A stretch of DNA of 64,000 nt from Thermoplasmata archaeon (GTDB taxonomy: Archaea; Thermoplasmatota; E2; JACPAO01; JAHFTW01), in NCBI GenBank assembly GCA_034667725.1, contig JAXDQS010000001.1, forward strand, positions 64,001 to 128,000. The letters run 5' to 3'. Both the position numbers and the translations under genes were made by a program. Numbering within the stretch: the stretch's first letter is position 1; the number at the start of each line of letters is the position of its first letter. Positions 17,359-27,537 of the stretch are shown one piece after another. A model generated the notes under the pieces. The model saw only the letters and a program-made list of their open reading frames with translations. It searched no databases and was not told where the DNA came from.

Positions 17359-18753
17359 CTACTCGTCCGCGACGTCCAGCACCGGGGTCGGGACCGCCGG
17401 CTTCTGGAGGTTGCCCGTCTTGGTGGTCTTGACGTAGACGCTGGGCTTCTTGAGGACGAACTCGTCCAGGAAGGCGCTCCAGAAGGTCAGGGTCTGGAAC
17501 ATCATGTAGGGGCCCAAGAGCGGGAGGGCGAGCCATTCCCGGAGGTCGTGGCGGACGCCGTCGCGGCGGTCCTGGAGCCACATGCACAGCCAGGCCACGA
17601 ACGGGGCGGCGGAGAAGACGGTCCAGCCCCACATGTCGCCCGGGATGAAGGTCGAGGTGTCGACGCCCATCTGGCCGAGCAGGAACAGCGCGGGGCTGAG
17701 GAGGAACACGATGGGCACGAGGACGTAGGCCAGCGTGTGGTACAGGTCGAGCTTGGCGCCGAGGTGGACGTGCTCCATGCCGTGGACGCGGCCGATGTAG
17801 CGCTTGGTGACCTGCATCCAGCCGCGGCCCCAGCGGCGGCGCTGCGCCCACCAGGCGGACAGCTGGGCGGGGTTCTCCTCCAGGGTGCGGATCTCGGGGT
17901 CGACCAGGATCTGGCCGCCGGCCTCGTGGATCTTGATGCTGAAGTCGATGTCCTCGACCAGGATCTCCTCGTCGAAGGCGCCGAGGCGCTGGAACACCTC
18001 GCGGCGGAAGAACGCCTGGCCGCCGCCGAAGAAGGTGAAGCCGCCGACGACGTCGCGCATGTAGATGTCGCCGCGCTCGATGACGTCGCGCTCGAGCTTG
18101 GTGAGGGCGGCGAGGACGGACTCGTGCTGGTTGATGCCGACGGCGCGGCCCTTGACGCACACCACGCCCGGGTTGGCCAGGAAGTGCTGCACGGCGCGCT
18201 TGACGGCGCCGGGCTCCAGCTCGTGGTCGGCGTCCAGCGACACCAGGATCTCGCCGGTGCACTGCGACAGGCCGAAGTTGCACGCCGCCGCCTTGCCGCC
18301 GCGCTTGTCGTCGCGCTCGACGGCGACGAAGCGGGCGTCCTTGCGGGCGGCGGCCTGGATGAGCGGGCCGGTGAGGTCGGTGGAGCGCTTCTCGTAGACG
18401 TAGACGAAGCGGATGCGGTCGTGGGGGTAGTCCACCCGTTCCATCGAGGCGATGGTGCGCGGCAGCACGGCGCCCTCGTTGTAGGCGACGACCAGGACGG
18501 AGACGGTGGGCCACGCGACGCCGTCGGGCTTGGGCGGCGGGGCGGGGCGGCGGCGGAAGGTCGCGAACGCGGCGAGGTAGACGCGGGCGACGACCAGCAC
18601 GAGGCCGACGAAGATGATGGTGCTGACCACGCGCAGGTAGTCGTGGACGTAGAGCGCGGGCACGAGCGCGAACGCGGTGAGCAGGAGGCCGAGCACGACC
18701 TTCACGAGCGCGTCGCGCAGCTTGCCACCGGTGCCTGAGAGGCTGACTTCCAC
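17359..18753 (-). CDS. GT2 processive-type membrane glycosyltransferase
   Basis: VAYNEG, GKAAACN, SLDADH, LVEDID, QRRRW, flanking TM helices; start approximate. Confidence 0.9.
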   Translation of the reverse strand: MEVSLSGTGGKLRDALVKVVLGLLLTAFALVPALYVHDYLRVVSTIIFVGLVLVVARVYLAAFATFRRRPAPPPKPDGVAWPTVSVLVVAYNEGAVLPRTIASMERVDYPHDRIRFVYVYEKRSTDLTGPLIQAAARKDARFVAVERDDKRGGKAAACNFGLSQCTGEILVSLDADHELEPGAVKRAVQHFLANPGVVCVKGRAVGINQHESVLAALTKLERDVIERGDIYMRDVVGGFTFFGGGQAFFRREVFQRLGAFDEEILVEDIDFSIKIHEAGGQILVDPEIRTLEENPAQLSAWWAQRRRWGRGWMQVTKRYIGRVHGMEHVHLGAKLDLYHTLAYVLVPIVFLLSPALFLLGQMGVDTSTFIPGDMWGWTVFSAAPFVAWLCMWLQDRRDGVRHDLREWLALPLLGPYMMFQTLTFWSAFLDEFVLKKPSVYVKTTKTGNLQKPAVPTPVLDVADE

Positions 18754-18900
18754 GGCGTTCCGACCCGATTTGCACGAAAGGACTGGATATATGAACCCCT
18801 CCGTCGCGATTGCCGCGGCCGAAACCGGGCGGCGCGACGGAAGGCGCGGCGGCGGTTCCTTCAAGCAGGCTTTTGGGCATGAGCCCCCTTGCGCATCGCC

Positions 18901-19329
18901 ATGGCGCGGCCCGTCATCCTGGTGGTCGATGACGAGAAGGACATCCTCGATTCGCTGTCCGCCTACCTCACCTCGGTGCTGCCGGTGGACGTCAAGACCG
19001 CGCCGTCCGCCCGCGCCGGCCTCGACATCCTCGTCCAGGGCAACGTGGCGCTGATCGTCACCGACTACTACATGCCCGGCATGGACGGCCTGGAGTTCCT
19101 GCTGCGCGCCGGCTTCATCGCGCCCAAGGTCCCGCGCATCGTCATGACGGCCTACCCGGACCTGAACCTGGCCATGCGCGCCCTCAACGAGCAGCGGGTG
19201 TCCGCGTTCCTCACCAAGCCGCTGGAGCCCGAGACGCTGGTGCGCCAAATCCGGTTCGCGCTGGGGCTGCCGGGCGGGGCGGCGGCCAAGCCGGGGACGA
19301 CGGTCGCGCCGACGCCTGCGAAGCACTGA
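18901..19329 (+). CDS. Single-domain response regulator receiver
   Basis: ILVVDDE, TDYYMPGMDG, VMTAY, FLTKP. Confidence 0.9.
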   Translation: MARPVILVVDDEKDILDSLSAYLTSVLPVDVKTAPSARAGLDILVQGNVALIVTDYYMPGMDGLEFLLRAGFIAPKVPRIVMTAYPDLNLAMRALNEQRVSAFLTKPLEPETLVRQIRFALGLPGGAAAKPGTTVAPTPAKH

Positions 19330-19336
19330 GGCACGC

Positions 19337-20653
19337 TCAGTAGACGTCGAGCGTCCGTTGGCGCCGCAGCATCCCCAACAGCCCCGCGTGCAGCCGCCAC
19401 GTCTTGAGGAGGGCGTGCCGGTCGATGTGCCGCAGCGCCGCGTCCAGGTCCTCGAACACCAACGGCCGGGCCTCCATCGCGACGCGGCTGGCCTCGCGCA
19501 CCACCCACACCCCGAGCGGCGTCGTGTAGGCGTCCGTGACCTCGCGCAGCACGATGGCCGTCGCCTGCCGCCGAATGGCCACGAGGTGCTCCAGCACCGA
19601 CAGCCGGGTCGCGTAGTAGCCGCCCGCCGTCGCCGCCGCGTACGCCGTGCGCTTGCCCGTCGGGTTGAGGGCGGTGTCCTCCCAGTCGTTGGCGGCGATG
19701 GCGTCGGCGCCGCGGCTCCAGAACGCGCCCTTGAGCCAGGCCTCGGTGTTGTCGAAGCCCCAGGAGCGCGGCACCAGCAGCACGAAGAACCGGTTGCCGA
19801 ACTTCTCGCCGAAGTGGACGAGCGGCTTGTCGATGGTGGGGTATCCACGCACCTGCTCGATGAGCCGCTGCCCCACCTGGTCGTCGGTCGCCGTGATGGC
19901 CCACCGCGTCGGCACCAGGCGCCGCTTCTGCCCGAGGCCCACCATGCCCGCCGACAGGATGCGCTCCAACTGGTAGACCGGCGTCCCCGTCGCGTACATG
20001 TTCTGCAGCGCCTCGCCAGCGCGGAGGTCCGTGTCCTGCACCGCCCGCTCGACCGGCGCCTCGACACGCACGTTGTCGGCCAGCCGCGCCCGCTCGACCT
20101 CGACCGTCGGCCCGTGCGGCGGCGTGAACTCGCCGACGGCCGGGTCGCCGAAGCGGGGCGCTCGCCGCAGCCGGACCTCGGCATCGACGGGCCGTGCCGC
20201 GATGGCGAGCTCCTGGCTCAGTTGGGTGATGCGGTCGCTGGAGAACGGCAGGCCGCGCGCCGCGGCGTCCGCGACCTTGACCTTGTGCGTCGTGCGGACC
20301 AGGCTGGCGCGCAGGCCGACGATGTCCGGAATGCCCAGCGTGAGCCAGTCGCGCGGCGAGTCGAGCAGGCGGGCGGCGTCGGCGTCGCGGTGCTCGGGCG
20401 GCAGCATGGGGCCGATGCTGACGTTGGGGTAGCCGTGCCGGCCGACGAACAGGCTGGGCGGGCTGCTGCCGAACAGGTCGCGGCCGAACTTGCCGCCGGC
20501 CTGCACCGTCTTGGGCATCTGGTGGCGGATTTTCTGAAGGAGCGGGCAGGGGTCGATCCCGCACAGGCCCCGGGCCCCCTTGCACGGCACGCACAGCCGG
20601 GGGTCGATGGACGCGATGGTGGCGTCGAGGGCAGCCTCGTCGATGGAGGGCAT
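19337..20653 (-). CDS. nreA: Archaeal DNA repair protein NreA
   Basis: CVPCKGARGLCGIDPCP, SPPSLFVGRHGYP, RRLVPTRWAITATD, PLGVWVVRE; C-terminal PIP box QRTLDVY. Confidence 0.92.
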   Translation of the reverse strand: MPSIDEAALDATIASIDPRLCVPCKGARGLCGIDPCPLLQKIRHQMPKTVQAGGKFGRDLFGSSPPSLFVGRHGYPNVSIGPMLPPEHRDADAARLLDSPRDWLTLGIPDIVGLRASLVRTTHKVKVADAAARGLPFSSDRITQLSQELAIAARPVDAEVRLRRAPRFGDPAVGEFTPPHGPTVEVERARLADNVRVEAPVERAVQDTDLRAGEALQNMYATGTPVYQLERILSAGMVGLGQKRRLVPTRWAITATDDQVGQRLIEQVRGYPTIDKPLVHFGEKFGNRFFVLLVPRSWGFDNTEAWLKGAFWSRGADAIAANDWEDTALNPTGKRTAYAAATAGGYYATRLSVLEHLVAIRRQATAIVLREVTDAYTTPLGVWVVREASRVAMEARPLVFEDLDAALRHIDRHALLKTWRLHAGLLGMLRRQRTLDVY

Positions 20654-20682
20654 GGCCACCACACGCTTCAAATAGCCAACGG

Positions 20683-22077
20683 ATGAGGACGGAGCTTGTG
20701 CGCGCGTGGGCCGCGGCCGTCATCGTCCTGCTGGCAGGATGCACGGCGCCACCGCCTCCGGACTCCTCCGTCCTGCCGGCCATCCCTGGCGGACTGCTCC
20801 CCGGCGAGGCGGGCGAGGGCTTCTTCCTGCTGCCCCACGCCGGCGGCGAGCTGGCCTTCGGGGTCGCGGGCACCGCCCACATCGAGCTCTACGGCCCCGA
20901 CGATGTCCGGCTCGGCAGCCTGACCCTCGGCGGCCTGCTCGGCGCCGAGCCGGTGCGCCTCCAGCGGCCCCCCGGCGCCCACGTGCTGCACGTCGCGAGC
21001 CTGGAGGGCAAGCTGCGGGTCGAGTCCGGCGGCGCGGAGGCCCGGCTGCACCCGCTCATCCTCCAGGCCGAGCGCGTCGTGCTGGCCGAGGGGCAAGGCA
21101 GCCTGGTCCCGCCGCTGCCGTTCGCGTTCGGGGCGCCGGTGGCCACCTCCCTGAACGTCAGCTTCAGCCGCGCCCCCGTCGGCCTCCAGGCCCTCGTGCT
21201 GGGCAGCTTCAGCGAGGTGCGCGTCGAGGTGGACGGCGTGGGCCGCGCCTACGAGGCCGCCGCCAGCAGCACCAACCCCTTCGTCTTCACCGGCGACCGC
21301 CAGGACCTCACGGGCAGCTTCGACCCGGAAGGCGTCCGCGACGGCAACCTCACCGCCCACGTGAGCGTCGTGGACCTGCAAGGCACGGTGCTGCTGGAGG
21401 CCACCACCTACGTCCGCAGCCTGCCGCCGGCCGCCCTGCCCAGCGCCCCCGCCACCCAGCCGCCCACGTTCCCCTACGGCTTCCTGCCGCGCGACAAGCC
21501 CGTGCTGTTCCAGGTCGCGCCCGACGCCCGCGCGCTCACCCTCGACGGCGGCCCCGACGGCGCCTTGGTGGCCCTGTTCGGCCCCGCCGACCAGCGGCTC
21601 GGCGCCTACGGCGTCGCGGCCAACGGGCGGCTGGCCATCGCGGTGCCGGAAGGGGGCGACTACGTGGCCGCCCTCCTGACCGGCAACGCCACCCTCGGCG
21701 CCGACGCGGCGCCGGCCGCCTTCGACTTCCGCCCGCTTGCGGTGACGGTCGTGACGGCCCCGGACAATCCCGCGGGCGAGTCGGACAGCTACGCCGCCGC
21801 CGAGCAGCCGCTGCAACCCGCCGGCGTGGTGTATTACGTCGAGGCCACCCCGCTCGCCGGCCGCGACCTGCTGCCGGTGCAATGCAGCGACTCCACCGGC
21901 GTGCGGCTGCGGCAAGGCGGCGAAGGCATCCTGGCGTGGTTCGCGGAGGCCCCGATGGCGCCAGCGGCGGCGTCGAGCGCGCTCCTGGACGGCAGCCCGC
22001 TCATGGTCTGGCACGACGGCCAGGGCGACGACGGCTGCGGCCGGGCCGGGGTCGCGGCCCACGGCTACACGCGGTGA
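20683..22077 (+). CDS. Hypothetical lipoprotein
   Basis: LLAGC lipobox; GC3-rich frame. Confidence 0.7.
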   Translation: MRTELVRAWAAAVIVLLAGCTAPPPPDSSVLPAIPGGLLPGEAGEGFFLLPHAGGELAFGVAGTAHIELYGPDDVRLGSLTLGGLLGAEPVRLQRPPGAHVLHVASLEGKLRVESGGAEARLHPLILQAERVVLAEGQGSLVPPLPFAFGAPVATSLNVSFSRAPVGLQALVLGSFSEVRVEVDGVGRAYEAAASSTNPFVFTGDRQDLTGSFDPEGVRDGNLTAHVSVVDLQGTVLLEATTYVRSLPPAALPSAPATQPPTFPYGFLPRDKPVLFQVAPDARALTLDGGPDGALVALFGPADQRLGAYGVAANGRLAIAVPEGGDYVAALLTGNATLGADAAPAAFDFRPLAVTVVTAPDNPAGESDSYAAAEQPLQPAGVVYYVEATPLAGRDLLPVQCSDSTGVRLRQGGEGILAWFAEAPMAPAAASSALLDGSPLMVWHDGQGDDGCGRAGVAAHGYTR

Positions 22078-22108
22078 GCCTAAGTCCCCGCCCGCCTGAG
22101 GGCCGGCC

Positions 22109-23458
22109 GTGGACCTGGTCTGCCCCCTCGACTTCCGCTACGGCCGCGCCGAGATGAAGGCCCTCTGGACGGAGGAGGCCCGGCTGCGCTACTTGCTCCA
22201 GGTCGAGGCCGCCCTCGCCCACGCCCACGCCGAGACCGGCACCATCCCGAAGGAGGCCGCCAAGCGGCTGCAGAAGGTGGCGGACTCGGGCAAGGTCAAG
22301 CCCGACCGCGTCAAGGCGATCGAGGCCGAGATCAAGCACGACCTGATGGCCGTCGTCAAGGCGATGACCGAGGTGGCGGGCCCCGAGGACGGGAAGTTCA
22401 TCCACCTGGGCGCCACCTCCTATGACATCATCGACACCGCCAACGCGCTCCAGTTCCGCGACGCGCTGGAGCACCTGCGCGCCGGCCTGCGCAAGCTGCG
22501 CGACGCACTCCTGCGGCAGGCGGACGCGCACCGCCACACCACCATGCTGGGCCGCACCCACGGCCAGTCCGCCGTGCCCATCACCTTCGGCCTCAAGATG
22601 GCCGTGTACGCCTCCGAGGTCGGCCGGCACCTGGAGCGGCTGGCCGAGGTCGAGGCCCGCGTCGCCGTCGGCATGATGAGCGGCGCCACCGGCAGCATGG
22701 CGGCGTTCCGTGGCAAGGGCATCGAGGTCCAGGCCGCCGTGTGCAAGAAGCTCGGGCTCAAGCCGGTGACGGCCAGCACCCAGATCATCCAGCGCGACCG
22801 CTACATCGAGCTGTTCTCGTTGCTCGCCAACATCGCGACGTCGCTGGAGAAGTTCGCCACCGAGGTCCGCACGCTGCAACGCACCGAGATCGGCGAGGTC
22901 GCCGAGGGCTTCGACGCCAAGAAGCAGGTCGGGTCGTCCACGATGCCGCACAAGCAGAACCCCATCACCTCGGAGCAGATCTCCGGCCTCGCCCGGCTGG
23001 TGCGCAGCTTCGTCCTCCCGGTGTGGGAGAACGCCATCCAATGGAACGAGCGCGACCTGGCCAACTCCGCCCCCGAGCGCTTCCTCCACCCGCACGCCTT
23101 CATCCTGCTCGACCACATCCTGCACCAGGCGGCCAAGGTGTTCACCGAGCTGCGCGTCTTCCCCGACCGGATGCTGGAGAACATGGAACGCGCCCAGGGC
23201 CTCATGATGGCGGAGTCCGTCATGATCGCCTTGACCGAGAAGGGCGTCGGCCGCCAGGAGGCCCACGAGATGGCCCGCGAAGCCGCGATGCACGCCATCC
23301 AAGGCCGGACGCACTACCGCGACGCGCTCCTGGCGCACAAGCCCATCGCGAAGGCCCTGGGAAAGAAGGGCATCGCCGACGCCGTGGACCCCGCCAAGTA
23401 CGTCGGCCCAGTGGACCGGATCATCGACCAGGTGGCCCAGGAGACCCGCGGCCTGTGA
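22109..23458 (+). CDS. purB: Adenylosuccinate lyase
   Basis: HLGATSYD, GRTHGQ, GSSTMPHKQNP, ERDLANS. Confidence 0.96.
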   Translation: MDLVCPLDFRYGRAEMKALWTEEARLRYLLQVEAALAHAHAETGTIPKEAAKRLQKVADSGKVKPDRVKAIEAEIKHDLMAVVKAMTEVAGPEDGKFIHLGATSYDIIDTANALQFRDALEHLRAGLRKLRDALLRQADAHRHTTMLGRTHGQSAVPITFGLKMAVYASEVGRHLERLAEVEARVAVGMMSGATGSMAAFRGKGIEVQAAVCKKLGLKPVTASTQIIQRDRYIELFSLLANIATSLEKFATEVRTLQRTEIGEVAEGFDAKKQVGSSTMPHKQNPITSEQISGLARLVRSFVLPVWENAIQWNERDLANSAPERFLHPHAFILLDHILHQAAKVFTELRVFPDRMLENMERAQGLMMAESVMIALTEKGVGRQEAHEMAREAAMHAIQGRTHYRDALLAHKPIAKALGKKGIADAVDPAKYVGPVDRIIDQVAQETRGL

Positions 23459-24630
23459 ACGGCGCGCGGCCGCTTGCCGTCGTCCTCGCGCTGCTTGCCG
23501 CCGGCTGCCTCGGCCCGGCCGAGCCGGAGCTGCGCGCCGTCGCGATCGTGGCGGACGGCAGCCTCGCCCCGGGTGAGCATCGCGTCGAGGCCGGCGCCAG
23601 GCTGGTCGCCGAGGGCACCGTCCCTTTGACCCTGGCGATCCCGGATGGCGCCGTCCTTGAGCTGCGCGACGGCCGCGCCGAGGGCGGGCACGGCCTGGTG
23701 CTGCGCGTCGAGGCCGGCGGCACGTTGCTGATGCACGGCGTGCAAGCCTCGGCCGTCCGCGTCCTCCTGGAGCCCGGCGCGTCGGCCCGCATCGTGGACT
23801 CGACCCTCGGACTGGGCGCCGGCGGCATCCACGCCCGCAACGCCAGCCTCGCCTTGGTCGGCGGCCTGCTGCACGGCTCCACCGAGGAGTGGCTGCGCGT
23901 CGAGGGCGGGACCGCCACCGTGGCGGGCACCTCCTTTGTGGACTCCGGCGGCGGCCGGCCCGGCATCGCCGCGACCGGCGCCGACCTGCGCATCGCCGAC
24001 GCCCGCCTGGACGGCGCCAAGGGCTACGGCATCCAGGCCCAAGGCGGCCTGCTGCGGGTCGAGCGGACCACGGTCGCCTCCGCCAACGACTACGGCCTCC
24101 AGGCGTCCGGCGGCCGCGTCGAGCTCGCCGACAACCGCTGGGAGGCGTTCTGCGGCGTGTTCTTGGGCCCCGGCGCGACCGGGCGCGTCGAGCGCGACCT
24201 CTTTGTCTCGGCCCACCGCGGCCTGACCCTCGCCCAGGCCGGCAACGTCACGGTCGAGGGCGCGCGCTTCGAGGGCGTCCAGCACGGCGCCCAGATCCAC
24301 GGCGGCACGGCCCGGGTCGCCAACAGCACCTTCGCGCGCAACGACGTGGCCCTGTCGCTGGACGCCGACGGCAACGCCACCGTCGTCGGCAACCGCTTCA
24401 CGGCCAACGGCGGCGCCTTGGAAGTCCATGCCCCGTCTGGCGTCCATGTGCGGGGCAACGGATTCGAGGGCTCCGTGCGCTTCGCGGTCGCGAACCGAGG
24501 CGCGACTCCCCTGGACGCCCGCGGAAACTGGTGGGGCCGCGCCTCCGGCCCGGTGCTCGGCCCGGCCGCCGAGGTCCAAGGCGACGTCAATGCGGACCCG
24601 TGGCTGGAGCAGCCCGAAACGGGTGGCTAG
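23455..24630 (+). CDS. Lipoprotein with right-handed parallel beta-helix (NosD/pectin-lyase-like)
   Basis: LAAGC lipobox; repeated V.NS.F..N..A; DARGNWWG..SGP. Confidence 0.75.
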   Translation: MNGARPLAVVLALLAAGCLGPAEPELRAVAIVADGSLAPGEHRVEAGARLVAEGTVPLTLAIPDGAVLELRDGRAEGGHGLVLRVEAGGTLLMHGVQASAVRVLLEPGASARIVDSTLGLGAGGIHARNASLALVGGLLHGSTEEWLRVEGGTATVAGTSFVDSGGGRPGIAATGADLRIADARLDGAKGYGIQAQGGLLRVERTTVASANDYGLQASGGRVELADNRWEAFCGVFLGPGATGRVERDLFVSAHRGLTLAQAGNVTVEGARFEGVQHGAQIHGGTARVANSTFARNDVALSLDADGNATVVGNRFTANGGALEVHAPSGVHVRGNGFEGSVRFAVANRGATPLDARGNWWGRASGPVLGPAAEVQGDVNADPWLEQPETGG

Positions 24631-24734
24631 GCGGCGTCGGCTACAAAACAACGTCGCGTCGCCCTGGCCGTTCGGGCGGCATCGGAGCCCGTGTCAGGAC
24701 AACCTATTCAAGGGGTCCTTGGCTTGGCGCCGGC

Positions 24735-27494
24735 ATGCGGTCCTCTCGCCTGGCTGCGACCTTTGTCTCGCTCGCCCTTGCGCTGTTCCTGATGTCCGGC
24801 TCGCTGGGCGCCACCCTGCGGCTCCCTGGCCAGGTCGCCCAGGCGATGCAGGCCGAATCCGATGCCCAGCCCCTCCTTGGCCACGCCCAGCAACAACTGG
24901 AGCTGGTGCGCGCCGCCGCCGACCGGCTTGATGGCCCCGGCCCGCTGTCGGACGCCCTCGCGGCGACCGCCGGCATCGCCGTGCCTGCGCCGCTGCCGCC
25001 CTCCGCCAGCCTGGCCGAGGCGCTGTCGCGGCTCGCGGCCGTCGCCGGCCTGCCGGCGGACGTGCCGCAGCCGGCCGGCTTCGCCGCCCTGCCCGCCGAG
25101 GCGCAGGACGCCGTGCGCCGGATGGTCGACGGCATCCTGGAGGCCGACCGCCTCCTCACGCTCGCCTACGCCGGCCTCACCCCTGAGGAGGCTGCTTTCC
25201 TGCGCGCCAACATCCTGCTGCTCGACCAGCCCGGCGCCCTGGACCACGACGCCCAGCAGGAAGAGCTGCGCGCCGAGATGCTGGCCGCCCGCGTCGACGC
25301 CTCGATGGTGCGCGCCGCCGGCCTCGCCCTCGTCGCCGCCGTCGAGGCCATCCCGCCCTTGCCGGCCGCGGCGCCCCTCCCGACCCTCGGCGGCCCCTCC
25401 ACCACGGGCGTCGGCGGCCTGCCGCCCCTGCTGCCCGGCCCCACGCCGATCACGCCGAACGCCTGCAGCGCCTCCACCGGCTCCAGCATCGTGGACCCCA
25501 CCGGCATGATCGAGGTCGGCCTGGCCACTGACAACTCCTACCACACCGAGCGCGTCGGCATCCTGGACCTCGGCGGCAACGACTGCTACGAGAACCACCC
25601 CGCCTCCTTCGGCCCCGGCACGCCCCTGCTGCTCCCGGTGAGCGTCATCGTCGAGCCCGCCGGCAACGACAACTACGTCAGCGCGGACCCTCACCCGGGA
25701 AGCCCGCCCGGCACCACTTGGGCAAGCGGCGTCGGCATCGGCGGCATCGGCTTGGTGATGGACCGCTGGGGCGACGACCGGCACACGGTCTCCCTGAACA
25801 ACGATGCGTCCAACTGCGCCTCCTACGCCGGCAGCAGCAACACCTGGCAGCGCATCTACGGCCAAGGCGTCGGCATCCTCGGCGTCGGCGGCCTGGTCGA
25901 CGCCGACGGCAACGACGGCTACGTCGCCGTCAACACCAACGCCCTGAACGACGCCTTCTGCCACTGGGGCCGCGTGTACACCTTCGCGCAGGGCCTCGGC
26001 GCCCGCGCGGGCATCGGCTTCCTGGTGGACGAGGCCGGCGACGACCGCCTCACCGCCAACGCCTTCGCGCAGGGCAAGAACGACAACAACGCCCACGTCC
26101 ACGCCCAAGGCGTCGCCGCGGCGCGCGGCCTCGGCCTGCTGTTCAACGCCGAAGGGCACGACTCCTACGACGCCAGCTCCCAGGCCTACATCGGCCCGCT
26201 GGCCGGCACGGAGAAGGGCACCTTCGCGTACACCTTCGCGCAAGCCTCCCTCTACGGCGCCAACGAGCCCCGGCTGGAGCAGCTCGGGGCCATCGCCACC
26301 AACGCCGTGACGACCGGCCCGGCAGCACTCTGCACGGCCGTCGTGCGCGTCCCGACCGCGACCGGCGGCGTCGTCGACGCCGGCCTTCCCTGCGACTTCC
26401 AAGCCGTGGCGCTCCTGGTCGACGTGATGGGCCAAGACCGCTACAACGCCTGGTCCGACTCCTCCGACCTGGGCCGCGGCTGCAGCTGGGCCGCATGGGC
26501 CGGCGTCTCCGCGCAAGGCTCCGCGCCCACCAAGGGCCTGGCGTCCCTGCTCGACGGCTCGGCGGACGAGGACAACGCCTTCGACATCCACGCCAACGCC
26601 AACGGCATCGACTGTTCCACCCTCGGCGTGCGCTCCGCAGTGTACGGCCAAGGCTTCGGCGGCGCCATCCTGTGGGACCACTGGGATGCCCCGCCCTTCG
26701 ACCCGCTCATCCTGACCGACGCCGCCGTCGGCCTGCTGCTGCGCGCCGGCGCCTGCGACGGCCCGCGCCTGCTCATCCCGCCGGTGGGCACCACCATCAA
26801 CCTCGCCGCGATCATGAAGACCGTGGACGTGGCGCGCAGGGACCCGTGCGACTCCAGCTGGTCCGATGACACCTACGTCGCCACCAGCACGGCGACCAAC
26901 GGCGGCGCCCGGCTCGCCTGGGCGCAGGCGTTCGTCCAGGGCGCCGGCAACGCGCACACGGGCTACACCTTCTTCGGCAACCCCGTGGACTACGACGCGC
27001 TCGGCATCGGCCTCACCGCCGACGCGGCCGGCAACGACGGGTACTTCGCGCAGACCGCCACCAACAGCGGCGGCGGCACCGAGGACTCCTTCACGGTCGC
27101 GCAAGGCGCCTCCGTCGGAGGCATCGGCGTGCTCGCGAACGTCTTCGACGACGACAGCTATATCGCCGAGGCCCTCGAAGGCGGCGGGCTCCAGCCAGGC
27201 GACACGGTCGCGCAGGCGGACACGCGGGCGACCCCCATCGTGGTCACCGTGTGCGTGCCCCCGGGCGGTGGCCTGTTCTGCAGCGTCAACACCCTGAACC
27301 TCGCCGTGGGCATCCTCGTGGACGTGTTCGGCGACGACTACTACTCGACGGAGTTCTTCTACGTCGTCGGGCCCTGCCCCACCAACGGGCTGCCGCTCCC
27401 CGCCGTGCCGCACTTCTGGGGCAACACGGTGCCGCTCGGGTCGGTCAACTGCCCGAACCCGCCAGGCCTCGTCCTGGGCATGGACACCACCTGA
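24735..27494 (+). CDS. Large secreted Gly/Asp-repeat protein
   Basis: Signal peptide; repeated [AG]QG.G..G.G.L.D..G[ND]D.Y units. Confidence 0.75.
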   Translation: MRSSRLAATFVSLALALFLMSGSLGATLRLPGQVAQAMQAESDAQPLLGHAQQQLELVRAAADRLDGPGPLSDALAATAGIAVPAPLPPSASLAEALSRLAAVAGLPADVPQPAGFAALPAEAQDAVRRMVDGILEADRLLTLAYAGLTPEEAAFLRANILLLDQPGALDHDAQQEELRAEMLAARVDASMVRAAGLALVAAVEAIPPLPAAAPLPTLGGPSTTGVGGLPPLLPGPTPITPNACSASTGSSIVDPTGMIEVGLATDNSYHTERVGILDLGGNDCYENHPASFGPGTPLLLPVSVIVEPAGNDNYVSADPHPGSPPGTTWASGVGIGGIGLVMDRWGDDRHTVSLNNDASNCASYAGSSNTWQRIYGQGVGILGVGGLVDADGNDGYVAVNTNALNDAFCHWGRVYTFAQGLGARAGIGFLVDEAGDDRLTANAFAQGKNDNNAHVHAQGVAAARGLGLLFNAEGHDSYDASSQAYIGPLAGTEKGTFAYTFAQASLYGANEPRLEQLGAIATNAVTTGPAALCTAVVRVPTATGGVVDAGLPCDFQAVALLVDVMGQDRYNAWSDSSDLGRGCSWAAWAGVSAQGSAPTKGLASLLDGSADEDNAFDIHANANGIDCSTLGVRSAVYGQGFGGAILWDHWDAPPFDPLILTDAAVGLLLRAGACDGPRLLIPPVGTTINLAAIMKTVDVARRDPCDSSWSDDTYVATSTATNGGARLAWAQAFVQGAGNAHTGYTFFGNPVDYDALGIGLTADAAGNDGYFAQTATNSGGGTEDSFTVAQGASVGGIGVLANVFDDDSYIAEALEGGGLQPGDTVAQADTRATPIVVTVCVPPGGGLFCSVNTLNLAVGILVDVFGDDYYSTEFFYVVGPCPTNGLPLPAVPHFWGNTVPLGSVNCPNPPGLVLGMDTT

Positions 27495-27537
27495 GCCAGC
27501 CGGGCAAGCCTTCAAGCCAGCGCGCCCTGCCGCGCCC

